A stretch of 63,862 nucleotides of DNA, filler included, from Octopus bimaculoides (taxonomy: Eukaryota), in assembly GCF_001194135.2 (NCBI RefSeq). It is 5 parts of 5 records of this genome, joined end to end, with 100 filler letters (N's around TTAATTAATTAA, not from the genome) between each part and the next. Parts side by side here need not be neighbours in the genome. Positions count along the whole stretch, not along the records: positions 62,613 to 63,862 come from NC_068988.1; 4 more parts are not named here. One strand, written 5' to 3'. The notes below the pieces were generated by a model. That model was given only the letters and a program-made list of their open reading frames with translations. It was not told the DNA's origin and ran no database searches. The first letter of the stretch is position 1; every line of letters starts with the position of its first letter. Made by a program: the position numbers and the translations under genes. Of the stretch, positions 62,752 through 63,862 are shown piece by piece.

Positions 62752-63082
62752 CCGTACGTACCGATGTTACATCCATTTTTAACCCCAAGAAGAAAGCCCC
62801 TCTAGCTGGTTATGAAATGCAAACTTCACCCGACATATACTGCAAGCAGGTGAGCGAACCCGTAGCAACTTGACAGAACCGTCCGCTTTCGGGTTATGCA
62901 TGTATTACAAACTGATGCGTAAATGCTCAAATTCGGACGGTCTGCTGGTTATTCTAGCTGCTAGAATATCGGATGGTGTTCGTCCCCTTCTTGCAATATA
63001 TGTAGGGTACAGACTGCATCGATAACCGGCTAGAGGAGGTTTCCTCTTGAGTTAAAAATAGTAGCAGCATCAGTTCGTACAG
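62752..63082. mobile_element. Foldback MITE (Tc1/mariner-pogo-like termini)
   Basis: About 110-bp imperfect inverted arms (62752-62865 / 62970-63082), inner IR ccgtccg/cggacgg, TA after the right end. Confidence 0.7.
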
Positions 63083-63137
63083 TATGTGTGTGTGTGTGTG
63101 TGTGTGTTTGTATGTGTGTGTGTGCATGTATATATAT

Positions 63138-63172
<35 letters not shown>

Positions 63173-63744
63173 TTTATATATGTATATTATATATCATATA
63201 TATTTTAGAGTGCATTATATGTGCATGATATGCATGTGTGTATGTACATATATANNNNNNNNNNGTTTGTGCGTGGTGGGGTGTGTTTGGAAGGATATAT
63301 TATTCAGGCAGATACCGTATTAGCTCTCAGTTAAGTTCCAGCTTCATCAGTGTCTGTCCATTAGAACATCCTCGAAGTGAACTGATTGAAGTAAACTTTT
63401 CTTAGATAATACTCTGTGTGATATAAAAGGAGTTAATTACGGGATAGTGCTGCTAACCTCAAATTCACACCAGTTGATGTCCCAAGTTAGGGGCTGGTCT
63501 CAAATAGGTAAAGGTCTAGATTAGTGTTTTCATAAGGTCCTTTGTTCGTTTTAAAGGTTATGTGTGTTATGATTTAGATTTCAAGTGTAGTACTTGTATT
63601 GAAGAATTCATGCTTTTTTATATTCATCGATTTTTAGTTGGGTTTCACGGGATTTGTGTTGTACATTGGGTAACGTATTTGTTTTTCTATTGGGGAGAAA
63701 TAGATGTGGCCTGTGCGTAGATGAATTCCATAAAATATTTACAT

Positions 63745-63862
63745 CAAAAGAACTACTGATTCTAAACTACAATTTTTTCTCTAACGGATGGCGATATTTA
63801 TGGCACACATAGAACAAAAACAGAAGACAAAACAAAAAAACAAATCTGCCATCGCCATCCGT
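63745..63862 (+). repeat. Second copy of the hairpin-terminated repeat (runs off the window end)
   Basis: Homologous to 54380-54460. acggatggcgat (63784-63795) pairs with atcgccatccgt (63851-63862). Confidence 0.65.

Noticed and set aside
62790-62856. Exon ending at CAG|GTGAGC (PKKKAPLAGYEMQTSPDIYCKQ)
   Set aside because: It lies within one arm of a foldback element, with no acceptor.

Overview
AT-rich animal DNA dominated by microsatellites and transposons, with many N gaps. The SINE families look like those of an octopus or other coleoid cephalopod (inferred from repeat content, not verified). Four copies of an artificial N-TTAATTAATTAA-N spacer split the window into five segments that are probably unlinked (1-23486, 23587-35337, 35438-58917, 59038-62512, 62613-63862). 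I found no intact protein-coding gene; almost all listed ORFs are microsatellite or gap artefacts. Supported content: four SINE-type families (labelled A-D here), one near-full-length irritans-type mariner pseudogene, two deleted or rearranged mariners, several MITE/foldback elements, and RT relics of an R4/NeSL-like LINE and an RTE LINE. Best findings: (1) a minimal type I hammerhead ribozyme motif (39634-39679, minus strand) inside a 260-bp palindromic, TSD-flanked Penelope-like insertion, with several decayed relatives elsewhere; (2) a 574-bp foldback element with a (CCCTAA)n/(TTAGGG)n core; (3) a mariner built from two inverted 5' ends, nested in a SINE; (4) a CpG-decayed domain at about 35.4-54 kb that may be a methylated gene body and holds weak exon candidates.
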